A DNA stretch of 63,680 nt from Gaiellaceae bacterium. Its GTDB lineage: Bacteria > Actinomycetota > Thermoleophilia > Gaiellales > Gaiellaceae. Position numbers and translations under genes: made by a program. Positions 43,826-53,020 of this stretch are shown piece by piece. Below the pieces are notes generated by a model. That model was not told the DNA's origin. It made no database searches and worked only from the letters and a program-made list of their open reading frames with translations. Location of the stretch: the NCBI GenBank assembly GCA_035273885.1, contig DATEOR010000007.1, positions 1-63,680 of the forward strand, given 5' to 3'. The number at the start of each line of letters is the position of its first letter. Position 1 is the stretch's first letter.

Positions 43826-45163
43826 TCACCGGGGCTGCTTGATCCTCGCTGTGAGCTCCTGGACGAGGTTGTAGACGCTTCGGTCTTCCTGGATCAGCTT
43901 GGCGATCTTCGACGTCGCGTGGATGACCGTGGTGTGGTCGCGCCCCCCGAACTTCTTCCCGATCTTCGGCAGAGAGCTGTCTGTGAGCTCGCGGCAGAGG
44001 TACATCGCGACCTGGCGGGGGTAGACGATCTGCTGGGAGCGGCGGTCGCCGGTGAGCTCCTGCATCGAGATGCCGAAGCGCTCGACGACGGTCTCCTGGA
44101 TGCGCTCGACGGAGACCTCGGGCAGCTCACCCTGTGGAAAGACGTCCTTGAGCACCTCCTGGGCCAGCTCGACGGTCATCGGCCGGCCCGTGAGGGATGA
44201 AAACGCGACGACGCGGGTGAGGGCGCCCTCGAGCTCGCGGATGTTCGTCGAGATACGACTGGCGATGAAGGTGAGGACCTGTGTGTCGGGCACGTGGATC
44301 GCGTCCGTCTTCACCTTCTTTCGCAGGATGGCGATTCGGGTCTCGAGATCGGGTGCCTGGATGTCCGTGATCAGGCCCCACTCGAACCGGGAGCGCAGAC
44401 GCGCCTCGAGGGTCGCGATCGCGCGGGGAGGGCGATCCGAGGAGATGACGATCTGCCGGCCCGCCTCGTAGAGCGAGTTGAACGTGTGAAAGAACTCCTC
44501 CTGGATCCGCTCCTTGTGCTCGAAGAACTGGATGTCGTCGATCAAGAGCACGTCGTAGTGGCGGTAGCGCTGCTTGAACCCTTCGATGCGCTTGTCGCGG
44601 AGCGAGTTGATGAAGTCGTTCATGAAGATCTCGCTCGTCACGTAGCGCGCGGAGAGGTTCCGCGAGTGCTCGCCGACGTAGCTTGCGATCGCCTGGAGGA
44701 GATGCGTCTTCCCGAGGCCGGTGCCGCCGTAGATGAAGAGCGGGTTGTAGGCCTGCGCCGGCGCCTCGGCCACGGCGAGTGCCGCCGCGTGCGCGAAACG
44801 GTTCGACGAACCGATGACGAAGAGGTCGAAGGTGTACTTCGGGTTCAGGCCCTCACCGAATCGCGCGGGCGGCGGAGACTCCGGCTGCTGCGACTCGTCG
44901 AGCTCGCGCACCGCGAGCCGCACCACCCGGTCGGTGCCGACTGTCTCTCTGATCGCGGCGTGCATGAGATCGAGGAAGTGATCCTCGATCCACGTCCGTG
45001 TGAAGTCGTTCGGAACGGCGAGGACGAAGTGCTCCCCGCTGAGCTCGATCGGCTCGGTGTCGGCGAACCATGTCGTGAAGGTGGATTCGCTCAGTGCGTC
45101 CCTGAGTCGGTTCGAGACCTCGGTCCACAGTGATTCCGCGCTCAGTTCAGCAGGGCGTTGCAC
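43826..45163 (-). CDS. dnaA: chromosomal replication initiator protein DnaA
   Basis: AAA+ motifs [19 protein letters not shown], and a C-terminal DNA-binding domain ([28 protein letters not shown]). GTG start. Confidence 0.97.
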   Translation of the reverse strand: MQRPAELSAESLWTEVSNRLRDALSESTFTTWFADTEPIELSGEHFVLAVPNDFTRTWIEDHFLDLMHAAIRETVGTDRVVRLAVRELDESQQPESPPPARFGEGLNPKYTFDLFVIGSSNRFAHAAALAVAEAPAQAYNPLFIYGGTGLGKTHLLQAIASYVGEHSRNLSARYVTSEIFMNDFINSLRDKRIEGFKQRYRHYDVLLIDDIQFFEHKERIQEEFFHTFNSLYEAGRQIVISSDRPPRAIATLEARLRSRFEWGLITDIQAPDLETRIAILRKKVKTDAIHVPDTQVLTFIASRISTNIRELEGALTRVVAFSSLTGRPMTVELAQEVLKDVFPQGELPEVSVERIQETVVERFGISMQELTGDRRSQQIVYPRQVAMYLCRELTDSSLPKIGKKFGGRDHTTVIHATSKIAKLIQEDRSVYNLVQELTARIKQPR

Positions 45164-45497
45164 GCCGGCTTGTTGCTCCCTCCGCCAGACTCCGGGAAGC
45201 GGCGATCATAGCAACGCCGTTGAGGCCCCTCAATGCTTGAAAACATGCGGCTCCGAGGTGAAAAAACCCGGGCTGAGCAGGTATTTTCGTCCTTTCCACA
45301 GCAGTCTCCACAGCTGTGGAAAGGTGGGTCAACCCCTTACCCTATGCGGTTTTTGGCCTGTGGATTTCGTCGCGCCCGAATTTTTTGCACACTGCGCCCG
45401 CGACGATCACCTCGAGGGCGGCTCGCGCTCCTCTCTTCTCTATACTGGCCCGTGGCCGGCGAAGACCGGCCGTCCACATCTCTTCTCTTCTCGCCTC
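45121..45497. promoter_or_regulatory. dnaA-rpmH divergent intergenic region with a cluster of DnaA-box-like TCCACA elements and an AT-rich patch
   Basis: xxxTCCACA-type 9-mers at 45121..45129, 45292..45300, 45304..45312, 45315..45323 (rc), 45359..45367 (rc) and 45470..45478. AT-rich GAATTTTTTG at 45378..45387. Candidate -10 boxes TATACT (45441..45446, toward rpmH) and TATGAT (rc of 45205..45210, toward dnaA). Confidence 0.55.
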
Positions 45498-45632
45498 GTG
45501 AAACGCACCTTCCAGCCGAACGTTCGACGCCGGAAGCGCCGGCACGGATTCCGCGCGCGGATGTCGACCCGCGCCGGCCGCGCGATCCTCAAGCGCCGCC
45601 GCGCCAAGGGGCGCAAGCGTCTCTCGGCCTGA
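45498..45632 (+). CDS. rpmH: 50S ribosomal protein L34
   Basis: [47 protein letters not shown] start at 45498. Confidence 0.95.
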   Translation: MKRTFQPNVRRRKRRHGFRARMSTRAGRAILKRRRAKGRKRLSA

Positions 45633-45638
45633 GCCGGG

Positions 45639-45995
45639 TTGAAACGCCGCCACCGCCTCTCCCGCTCACGCGACTTCGACGCCGTCTACCGGCACGGGCG
45701 CTCCACGGCTACGCGCTACCTGGTCCTCTACGCATTCCCGCGGGAGGAGGGTGACGGCGTCGGCCCCAGGCTCGGCCTGGCCGTCTCGCGCCAGCTCGGA
45801 GGGGCTGTGGAGCGGAACCGGATCAAGCGGCGCCTCCGGGCTGCCTTCGAGCAGATCGAGGGCGATCTTCCTCCCGGGAACGACTACGTCCTGATCGCGC
45901 GGCCCGGCCTGGGCGAGGCGATCGAGAGCCGCGGGTTCGAATGGCTCGGCGAGCGTGTCGCGGAGGTCTTCCAGAAGGAGCGCGCGACGGCGTGA
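45639..45995 (+). CDS. rnpA: ribonuclease P protein component
   Basis: 118 aa basic protein. RLSRSRDFDAVYRHG and the RNRIKRRLR motif. TTG start 6 nt after rpmH. Confidence 0.9.
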   Translation: MKRRHRLSRSRDFDAVYRHGRSTATRYLVLYAFPREEGDGVGPRLGLAVSRQLGGAVERNRIKRRLRAAFEQIEGDLPPGNDYVLIARPGLGEAIESRGFEWLGERVAEVFQKERATA

Positions 45996-46252
45996 GCTCG
46001 ATCGCAATCCTCCTCGTCCGCGGGTATCGCAAGGTCTTCTCGCCGTTCGCGGGTGCGACGGCTCTCGGTAACCCGCGCTGCAAGTACCACCCGTCGTGCT
46101 CCGCGTACGCGCTCGAGGCCTACCGTGAGTTCGGCTTCCTGCGGGGGACGGTGCTCGCCGTGTGGAGGCTTCTGCGCTGCAACCCGTGGAGCCACGGCGG
46201 CGTGGACTACGCGCGCGACCAGCGCATCTTCCCGGCCAGGGGCCGCTCGTGA
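45992..46252 (+). CDS. yidD: membrane protein insertion efficiency factor YidD
   Basis: LLVRGYRKVFSP...CKYHPSCSAYALEA...RCNPWSHGGVD. GTG at 45992 in a GTGA overlap with the rnpA stop. Confidence 0.85.
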   Translation: MSSIAILLVRGYRKVFSPFAGATALGNPRCKYHPSCSAYALEAYREFGFLRGTVLAVWRLLRCNPWSHGGVDYARDQRIFPARGRS

Positions 46253-47091
46253 TCTTCGCCGTCGCGAACCCGCTGCGCCCGATCGAGAACCTCATGACGA
46301 CAGTCCTGGAGTGGATCCACTCCACGATGGGGCTCCCGTGGGCCTGGGCGATCATCGTCCTCACGCTGATGGTGCGGATCGTGATCGTTCCGCTGACGGT
46401 CAAGCAGATCCGGTCGATGCAGCACCTCCAGGCGCACGCCCCCGAGCTCAAGGCGCTGCAGCAGAAGTACAAGCACGACAAACAGCGGATGAACGAGGAA
46501 GTCATGAAGTTCTACCGGGAGAACAAGATCAACCCGGCGGCCTCATGTCTCCCGATCCTCATCCAGATTCCGGTCTTCATCTCGCTGTACTACGTGCTGC
46601 GGGACTTCGAGAAAGAGGTCTTCCCGCAGTACCCGGGCTCCGACCTCGGCTGGCTCGGGATCGTCCCGAACATCACCACGAACATCACCGACCACTGGTC
46701 GGGCTGGCTTCTGCTGACGATCTACGTGGTCAGCCAGGTGGCCTCGACGTACTTCATGTCGACCACGATGGATCCCCGCCAGCGCTGGATCTTCATGGCG
46801 CTGCCTCTCGTCTTCGTTCTCTTCATCGTCAACGCCAACTTCCCGGTCGGCCTCCTGCTCTACTGGGTGACGACGAACCTGTGGACGGTCGGCCAGGGGC
46901 TCGTTACGAGGCGGCTCATGCCGAAGCCGCAGCCGCCGTCCAAGCGCTCCTCGCGCACTCCGCCCAAGGCCGAACCGGCCGGAGACGGCGGCACCGAAGT
47001 CGGCAAGGCGGCGCAGCCGTCGCGTGCAGCCGCTTCCGGTCAGCAGCGGGTGAGGCGTCGCAAGAAGAAGGGCCCTCGGTCGCGGCGATGA
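46249..47091 (+). CDS. yidC: membrane protein insertase YidC (short form)
   Basis: GTG at 46249 in a GTGA overlap with yidD. LTLMVRIVIVPLTVKQIRSM, NPAASCLPILIQIPVFISLY, and a basic C-terminal tail. Confidence 0.9.
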   Translation: MIFAVANPLRPIENLMTTVLEWIHSTMGLPWAWAIIVLTLMVRIVIVPLTVKQIRSMQHLQAHAPELKALQQKYKHDKQRMNEEVMKFYRENKINPAASCLPILIQIPVFISLYYVLRDFEKEVFPQYPGSDLGWLGIVPNITTNITDHWSGWLLLTIYVVSQVASTYFMSTTMDPRQRWIFMALPLVFVLFIVNANFPVGLLLYWVTTNLWTVGQGLVTRRLMPKPQPPSKRSSRTPPKAEPAGDGGTEVGKAAQPSRAAASGQQRVRRRKKKGPRSRR

Positions 47092-47789
47092 GCGAGACCG
47101 AGAGCGAGCGGCAGCTCGACGAGACCGAAGTCGAGGCGACCGGCGAGACGGTCGGCGAGGCGAAGTGGTCGGCTCTTCGCGAGCTCGAGCGCCGCTTTCC
47201 GGGGATCGACAAGTCGGACGTCAGCTTCGCGGTGCTCTCCGAAGGCGAGCGCGGTCTCCTCGGCGTCGGCTATGCGCCGGCGCGCGTGATTGCGAAGGCC
47301 GGTGCCGTGCCGCCCCCCTCCGAGGCGATCGATGAAGACCCCGACTCCCCGGCCGCGCGGCTGCGGGAGCTGCTCGACCGGGTCTGTGCTGCGCTGGGTG
47401 CCCCCGTGCGGATCGACATCCACGAGGACGAGGAACAGCTAACCGCCACGCTCACGGGCCCCGATCTCGGGCTCGTGATCGGCAAGCGCGGGCAGACAAT
47501 CGACGCCATCCAGTACCTCGCCACCGCCATCGTCTTCCGCGGCATGGAGGAGCGAAAGACCATCCTCGTCGACGCCGCGGGTTACCGCGACCGGCGGCGT
47601 GCGACCCTCGAGCAACAGGCCGACCGGGCCGCCTCGGAGGCGGTTGCCGCCGGCGAGTCGATCGCACTCGACCCGATGTCGGCCGTCGAGCGGAAGATCG
47701 TGCATCTGCACCTGCAGGAGCGCGAGGACATCGAGACGGCCAGCGAGGGGAACGAGCCCAACCGCTTCGTCGTCGTCCGTCCTGTCTGA
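47088..47789 (+). CDS. jag: Jag/KhpB-type RNA-binding protein (KH plus R3H domains)
   Basis: ATG at 47088 in an ATGA overlap with yidC. KH-like GKRGQTIDAIQYLA and an R3H region (ERKIVHLHLQ). Confidence 0.85.
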   Translation: MSETESERQLDETEVEATGETVGEAKWSALRELERRFPGIDKSDVSFAVLSEGERGLLGVGYAPARVIAKAGAVPPPSEAIDEDPDSPAARLRELLDRVCAALGAPVRIDIHEDEEQLTATLTGPDLGLVIGKRGQTIDAIQYLATAIVFRGMEERKTILVDAAGYRDRRRATLEQQADRAASEAVAAGESIALDPMSAVERKIVHLHLQEREDIETASEGNEPNRFVVVRPV

Positions 47790-48378
47790 CGAACGGCTCG
47801 ACCGCTGGCTCGCGGCGCTGCGCGGGACGCCGGGCCTCACCGCGATCCGAGACGAGGCCGAGGCTCGCAAGACCCTCCTCGAGGGCGCCCTGGCGGCGGC
47901 CGGCCTCCTCGGAGAGGGGCCGGTCGTTGACGTCGGCTCGGGGGGTGGCTCGCCGGGGATCCCGCTCGCCTCGGCCCGGCCGGAGCTCGACTTCGTCCTG
48001 CTCGAGGCGAACCGGCGCAAATGCGACTTCCTCAGGGAGACCGCGGCCGCCTTCGAGAACGTGTCCGTGATTTGCGAGCGGGCGGAGGAACACGCCGGCG
48101 GCGCCGGCCGTGACGCGTACGGAACCGCGGTCGCGCGTGCTCTTGCGGTCCCGCCTGTAGCCGCCGAATGGTGTCTCCCGCTGGTGCGGCCCGGCGGTCT
48201 GGCTGTCCTCTTCGTCGGTCCGAGTGCCGAGCTCGATTCGGTCTCGAAGGCGGCTGCGGAACTCGCCGCGGAAGTCGAAGAGAGCCCCGCCGGCTTCGCC
48301 CTGCTCCGGAAGACCGGGCCCACTCCGGAGCGCTTTCCCCGGCGGCCCGGCGTGGCGAAGAAACGTCCTCTCGCCTGA
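47782..48378 (+). CDS. rsmG: 16S rRNA (guanine527-N7)-methyltransferase RsmG/GidB; start assigned to a CTG
   Basis: SAM motif VVDVGSGGGSPGIPLA, LLEANRRKCDFL, ARA. The only canonical in-frame start (GTG 47599) lies 190 nt inside jag. Confidence 0.8.
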   Translation: MSDERLDRWLAALRGTPGLTAIRDEAEARKTLLEGALAAAGLLGEGPVVDVGSGGGSPGIPLASARPELDFVLLEANRRKCDFLRETAAAFENVSVICERAEEHAGGAGRDAYGTAVARALAVPPVAAEWCLPLVRPGGLAVLFVGPSAELDSVSKAAAELAAEVEESPAGFALLRKTGPTPERFPRRPGVAKKRPLA

Positions 48379-48391
48379 CTAGGGTGCAGGC

Positions 48392-49144
48392 GTGGGGACG
48401 ATTCTCGCGCTCGCCAACCAGAAGGGCGGAGTCGGCAAGACGACGACCGCCGTGAACGTCGCTGCCTGCCTCGCCGAGGCGGGCGCGAAGACGCTGGTCG
48501 TCGACCTCGATCCGCAGGCCAACGCGACCTCGGGTCTCGGCGAGCGCGCGAACGGGACGTCGTCCTACGACCTGCTGGACGGCGCGCCGCTCGAGGAGAT
48601 CGTCCACACGACCCGCTTCGAGAACCTCGACGTCGTCCCGTCGAAGCCCGAGCTGGCAGGCGCCGCGGTCGAGCTCTCCGCGCACGGCGACGGCGAGTCC
48701 TTCCTGGCCGGAGCCCTCGAGCCCGCACGCGAGACGTACTCCTATGTCTTCGTCGATTGCCCGCCTTCTTTGGGACCGCTGACGGTGAATGGACTCGCGG
48801 CGGCAGACCGCGTGCTCGTGCCGGTGCAGTGCGAGTACTACGCCCTCGAGGGGCTCGCTCAGCTTCTCCACTCGGTGGAGCTGGTGCGCGCCCGCCTGAA
48901 TCCGAAGCTGGCGCTGGCCGGGATGCTCCTGACGATGGTGGACGGCCGCACTCGCCTTGCGGCCGACGTCGCGGCAGAGGTTCGCCGCCATTTCGGCGAG
49001 CTCGTATTCGACGCCGTCGTGCCGCGCAGCGTGCGCCTCGCCGAGGCGCCGAGCCACGGCCTGCCCATCACCGCGTACGACCCGGCCTCCGCCGGTGCCG
49101 ACGCCTACTACCGCGTAGCGAGCGAGCTTGTCGACCGCACCTAA
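48392..49144 (+). CDS. parA: chromosome partitioning ATPase ParA/Soj
   Basis: Deviant Walker A NQKGGVGKTTT, VVDLDPQANAT, FVDCPPSL. Confidence 0.95.
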   Translation: MGTILALANQKGGVGKTTTAVNVAACLAEAGAKTLVVDLDPQANATSGLGERANGTSSYDLLDGAPLEEIVHTTRFENLDVVPSKPELAGAAVELSAHGDGESFLAGALEPARETYSYVFVDCPPSLGPLTVNGLAAADRVLVPVQCEYYALEGLAQLLHSVELVRARLNPKLALAGMLLTMVDGRTRLAADVAAEVRRHFGELVFDAVVPRSVRLAEAPSHGLPITAYDPASAGADAYYRVASELVDRT

Positions 49145-49970
49145 CCGACGCGGCCTCGGTCGTGGCCTCGAAGTCCTCATCGGCGGGGGCGCCTCCTCGA
49201 CCGAGCTTCTGCAGATACCCCTCGGCTCGATCCGCGCGAACACGCGCCAGCCCCGCAAGAACATCGACGCCGACGGGATCAACGGTCTCGCAGATTCCGT
49301 CCGCGCCCAGGGCGTCGTGCAGCCGGTCGTCGTCCGCGCGGCCGAGGGCGGCGGCTACGAGCTCATCGCCGGTGAGCGCCGCTGGCGGGCGGCCCGTGCG
49401 GCCGGGCTCGCGACAATTCCTGCTCTCGTCCGGGAGAGCGACGACCGGGAGTCGCTCGTTTTGGCGCTCGTCGAGAACGTCGCCCGCGAAGACCTCTCTC
49501 CGATCGAGGAGGCGCGCGCCTACGCCGTGCTCATGGACGAGTTCGCGCTGTCGCTCGGCGAGGTGGCCGAGCGCGTCGGACGGTCGAAGCCCACGGTCTC
49601 GAACCGAGTGCGGCTCCTCGAGCTTCCGGAGGACGTTCTCGGGCTCGTGGAGCGCGGCCTTCTCACCGAAGGTCATGCGCGCGCGATCCTCTCGGTCCCC
49701 GGTCACGACGAGCGGCGCGCGCTGGCGCGGAAGGTCGTGGCGCAGGGGCTCTCGGTCCGCGCGACAGAACGCGCGGCCCGCTGGGCCGGCGCTCAGACGA
49801 GGCCCCGCAAGTCCCGGCGGATCGACCCGGCGCTAGCCGAGCGAGCCCGGAAGCTGCTCGAGGCCTCCACGGGCGCAACGGTGAAGGTGACCGAGACGCG
49901 AATCGAGATCTCGTTCGCCGACGAGGTCGCGCTCGCCGAGATCGTCGAATCGCTCGAGGCCCGTAACTGA
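49128..49970 (+). CDS. parB: chromosome partitioning protein ParB/Spo0J
   Basis: RRGLGRGLEVLI N-terminus, the ParB box GERRWRAA, and the HTH LSLGEVAERVGRSKPTVSNRVRLL. TTG start overlapping parA by 17 nt. Confidence 0.95.
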   Translation: MSTAPNRRGLGRGLEVLIGGGASSTELLQIPLGSIRANTRQPRKNIDADGINGLADSVRAQGVVQPVVVRAAEGGGYELIAGERRWRAARAAGLATIPALVRESDDRESLVLALVENVAREDLSPIEEARAYAVLMDEFALSLGEVAERVGRSKPTVSNRVRLLELPEDVLGLVERGLLTEGHARAILSVPGHDERRALARKVVAQGLSVRATERAARWAGAQTRPRKSRRIDPALAERARKLLEASTGATVKVTETRIEISFADEVALAEIVESLEARN

Positions 49971-49996
49971 ACTCCAGGACGGCTCGTTGTGCGTAA

Positions 49997-50239
49997 GTGC
50001 GGCCCTGGCAGGATCTCGAGGCTCTCGAAGCCATCAACCAGGATGAGCTGGTGCGCCAAGTCGTCCTCCGCATGGCCGGCCTTGCCCGGGGCGGCCGCCT
50101 TCCAGGCTTCGTCGCAGCCGTCGGCGCGGACGCGGAGCTCGATGCCGAGACGAAGGCGACGGTGCTCGAGCTGGCGCGCGACGAGACGTTCCTCCTAGCC
50201 TGCGAGGACTACATGCGGGCGACGTCGTTCCTGCACTAA
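49997..50239 (+). CDS. hypothetical small protein
   Basis: 80 aa ORF, GTG start, strong G/C preference at third positions. No recognisable domain. Confidence 0.4.
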   Translation: MRPWQDLEALEAINQDELVRQVVLRMAGLARGGRLPGFVAAVGADAELDAETKATVLELARDETFLLACEDYMRATSFLH

Positions 50240-50248
50240 GGCGCTCGC

Positions 50249-50254
50249 TACAAT
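50249..50254 (+). promoter_or_regulatory. candidate -10 box TACAAT for tRNA-Ile
   Basis: Near-consensus TACAAT 12 nt upstream of the mature tRNA 5' end. Absent upstream of the second tRNA copy. Confidence 0.45.
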
Positions 50255-50340
<86 letters not shown>

Positions 50341-50442
50341 CTTCCGTGCACCGAATCGGCCCGATCTGCTGGGCTCGCCTGGTGTTTGCAGGGCTCGGCA
50401 AGTCGAGAACCGAGCCAGTATGGTGTCTCGGAGGGGACTGCG

Positions 50443-50880
50443 GTGAAGGTCAGATTGGCAATAGGGGTTGCGGCGTTTTGGCTTCTGTGTGGTCCCGCTC
50501 TTGCCCAGACACCTACCCCCGATCCGGCTCCGGTCCCACCGCCGCTGCCCCCGACGAGTGAGCCGTCCACTCCTTCCGCGCCTGCGGCAGCTCCTTCTCC
50601 GTCGAGTGCTGAGACCCGGATCCATCCTCGGAAGCACCGTGAACACGCGAAGAAGCGCCCGCCTGCCCCGGCGCTAGGTCCGTTTCACCCGTCGGTTGCT
50701 GAGCTTGGGCCGAGCGTGCTCACGCCTGCGGTGAAGGCCCTGGACGCCGAACGCGTATTCAACGAGATGTCCGCTGTAAGCGGATCCGGTGATCGGGGGC
50801 CGCGGCCTCTGATCATCGCCCTGGCTCTTGTCCTCGTGCTCATGGCCGGTGTCGTGCTGGTCGTGTTCTTCCAGTACTAA
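50443..50880 (+). CDS. Pro-rich secreted protein with C-terminal TM anchor
   Basis: GTG at 50443 gives signal peptide VKVRLAIGVAAFWLLCGPALAQ. A Pro/Ser/Thr-rich spacer follows, then C-terminal PLIIALALVLVLMAGVVLVVFF. The region is more AT-rich than its surroundings. Confidence 0.5.
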   Translation: MKVRLAIGVAAFWLLCGPALAQTPTPDPAPVPPPLPPTSEPSTPSAPAAAPSPSSAETRIHPRKHREHAKKRPPAPALGPFHPSVAELGPSVLTPAVKALDAERVFNEMSAVSGSGDRGPRPLIIALALVLVLMAGVVLVVFFQY

Positions 50881-50919
50881 TGCCCAGGCCCAAGATCAAG
50901 CTCGCATTCTTGGCCCCGC

Positions 50920-52515
50920 CTGTGCTTCATCCTTGGTGGTCCGGTCGCCGGAGCGGCCGCGCCTACGCTTGCCAAACCCGAGATAGTCTCGGCTCCTGCG
51001 TCCTGGACGAAGGAGACGGCGGCAACCGCCGTCTTCACAAGCTCGGATGAAGGTGTCGGCTTCGAGTGCAGGCTCGACGGATCACCGTGCGAGTCGTGCG
51101 CGAGTCCGACGACGTACTCTTCGCTAGCCGAAGGTTCTCATCCGTTTTCGGTGCACGCCATTGACGGAGAAGCGACGAGCACGCCCGAAAACTGGTCCTG
51201 GAAGGTCGATGTGACGGCTCCCGGCCTACCGGGTGACAAGACCGAGGAGGCAACATCGCCGCTTGGAACCCCCGTGAGCTTCTCGGCCACGGACAACCTC
51301 GATCCATCACCGATGCTGACGTGCTCCCCTACCTTCGGCTCGGTCTTCGACCTCGGGCCGCCCACGAACGTGACCTGCACGGCGGTGGATGCAGCTGGCA
51401 ACGAGACGACCGGGGGCTTCACTGTAACGGTCGTCGACACGAACCCGCCTATTCTCGCCCCGCACGCGGACGTCGTCGCGTCTCAGGAATCGCTTGTCGG
51501 TGCCGAGGTTCATTACGACCTCCCTCTCGTCACCGACAACGGGGATCCAGCGCTCCTCGTGAGTTGCGCTCCGACCTCTGGTTCGACATTCCCGCTCGGG
51601 ACGTCGCAGGTGGCGTGCTCCGCGCGGGATGCCTCGAACAACGAGGGCGATTCGAGTGAATTCAACGTTGTCGTGCAGGATGGCGCGACGCCCGATCTTC
51701 CTCGCCTGGAATCGAATGTCGGCACGCTGATCAACGACACGACGGTCACCTTCTCGTTCGACAGTGGCGATGGGGCTCGTCTCTCCTGCAAGCTCGATGA
51801 ACCGGGCGGAGCGGGAGAGTACGACTCGTGTACAGGCCCCCTCACCTTCACGGGGCTCGAGGAGGGGAACTACCTCTTCACCGTTCGTGCGACGAACTCG
51901 ATTGGCAACATCACTGAAGCGAGCTGGGGTTGGGTGGTCGACACGACCCCACCGGGTGAAGTTCGACGCCTCACGTCGAGCTTTGGAAATGCATGGGTGC
52001 GCCTCTCACGGCGGAATCCCACAGACGTGGACTTTCGGCATGTCTCGATCTGGCGCCGAAAGGTAGGCGGCACTTCGTCGAAGCTCATCGCAAGCCGGAA
52101 GGCGAGAACATCCTTCCGCGACGAAACCGTGCAGAACGACACACGGTACATCTACGCGCTCCGCACGGTGGATCGGGCTCGCAATGTGTCACGGGGGGAG
52201 GTAGTCGAGAGCCGCGCGAGCAAGATTCTCAAGCCGGCCTTCGACTCGGTTCACGACTTTCCACCGCTGATCGATTGGACGTCGGTTCGAAGCGCCACGT
52301 ACTTCAACCTGCAGTTGTGGCGCGACGGACGGAAGATCCTGAGCGTATGGCCCTCAAGGTCTGCCTTTCGCCTACCTGCGAAGTGGAGATACAGCGGAAC
52401 GGCCTACTCGCTCCGAAGCGATCGTTACCGCGTGTATGTCTGGCCGGGCTTCGGCCTCAGGTCGGCCGTGGACTACGGGAGACTGCTCGGCTGGACGGCA
52501 TTCCGGATGAAGTGA
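50920..52515 (+). CDS. cell-surface protein with two HYR-like repeats and an FN3-like module; 5' end irregular (frameshift or CTG start)
   Basis: HYR-like units (ATDNLDPSPMLTCSPTFGSVFDLGPPTNVTCTAVDAAGNETTGGFTVTVVD; VTDNGDPALLVSCAPTSGSTFPLGTSQVACSARDASNNEGDSSEFNVVV). An internal repeat (FECRLDG...WSWKVDVTAP versus LSCKLDE...WGWVVDTTPP) shows that coding sequence extends upstream of the track start GTG 51151. Confidence 0.6.
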   Translation: MCFILGGPVAGAAAPTLAKPEIVSAPASWTKETAATAVFTSSDEGVGFECRLDGSPCESCASPTTYSSLAEGSHPFSVHAIDGEATSTPENWSWKVDVTAPGLPGDKTEEATSPLGTPVSFSATDNLDPSPMLTCSPTFGSVFDLGPPTNVTCTAVDAAGNETTGGFTVTVVDTNPPILAPHADVVASQESLVGAEVHYDLPLVTDNGDPALLVSCAPTSGSTFPLGTSQVACSARDASNNEGDSSEFNVVVQDGATPDLPRLESNVGTLINDTTVTFSFDSGDGARLSCKLDEPGGAGEYDSCTGPLTFTGLEEGNYLFTVRATNSIGNITEASWGWVVDTTPPGEVRRLTSSFGNAWVRLSRRNPTDVDFRHVSIWRRKVGGTSSKLIASRKARTSFRDETVQNDTRYIYALRTVDRARNVSRGEVVESRASKILKPAFDSVHDFPPLIDWTSVRSATYFNLQLWRDGRKILSVWPSRSAFRLPAKWRYSGTAYSLRSDRYRVYVWPGFGLRSAVDYGRLLGWTAFRMK

Positions 52516-52853
52516 CGGTCGCACGCCGTTTTGGCGGCGGCTGGGAAGCTCGTGAAGACAGTTGCGGTACACCGCTGAAGCTCCCCGGTGATTCCAAGCA
52601 TCTCGCTCGACGAGCCAAATCGCAGACGTCGGCGGCATCGCACCCGCCGTGGAGGTTGCCTGCTCGAGGACGTGAGAACCGATCCCCTTTGCTGCAGGAG
52701 ACAAGCCTGACGGTAGAGGAGGGCGCATGGCCGCAGATCGGACCTGGCTGCTCCAGGAAAAGTCACGCGATCTTCTTACTGGACCGCCCTTTCCCCCCGC
52801 GCAAAATGGATGGGCAGGTGGGTCACGCGTCTCACAAGGATGGAGGAGGCTTC

Positions 52854-52936
<83 letters not shown>

Positions 52937-52994
52937 TCTCTCCATGCCGCCAGGCGTTTCCCTGCAGCCAGGCGGGGCATCGAAAGGACCGGGC

Positions 52995-53000
52995 TAGAAT
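52995..53000 (+). promoter_or_regulatory. candidate -10 box TAGAAT upstream of the bifunctional-nuclease gene
   Basis: TANNNT hexamer 20 nt upstream of ATG 53021. Confidence 0.3.
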
Positions 53001-53020
53001 CAGACCGAGGCCCAGACGCG

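Noticed and set aside
50386-52515. Stop-codon read-through fusing the Pro-rich protein (stop TAA 50878) to the HYR protein, because both lie in the same reading frame
   Set aside because: The first protein ends with a complete C-terminal membrane anchor. The sequence right after the TAA (CPGPRSSSHSWPR) is not protein-like. An ATG-initiated signal peptide in the neighbouring frame explains the 5' region better.
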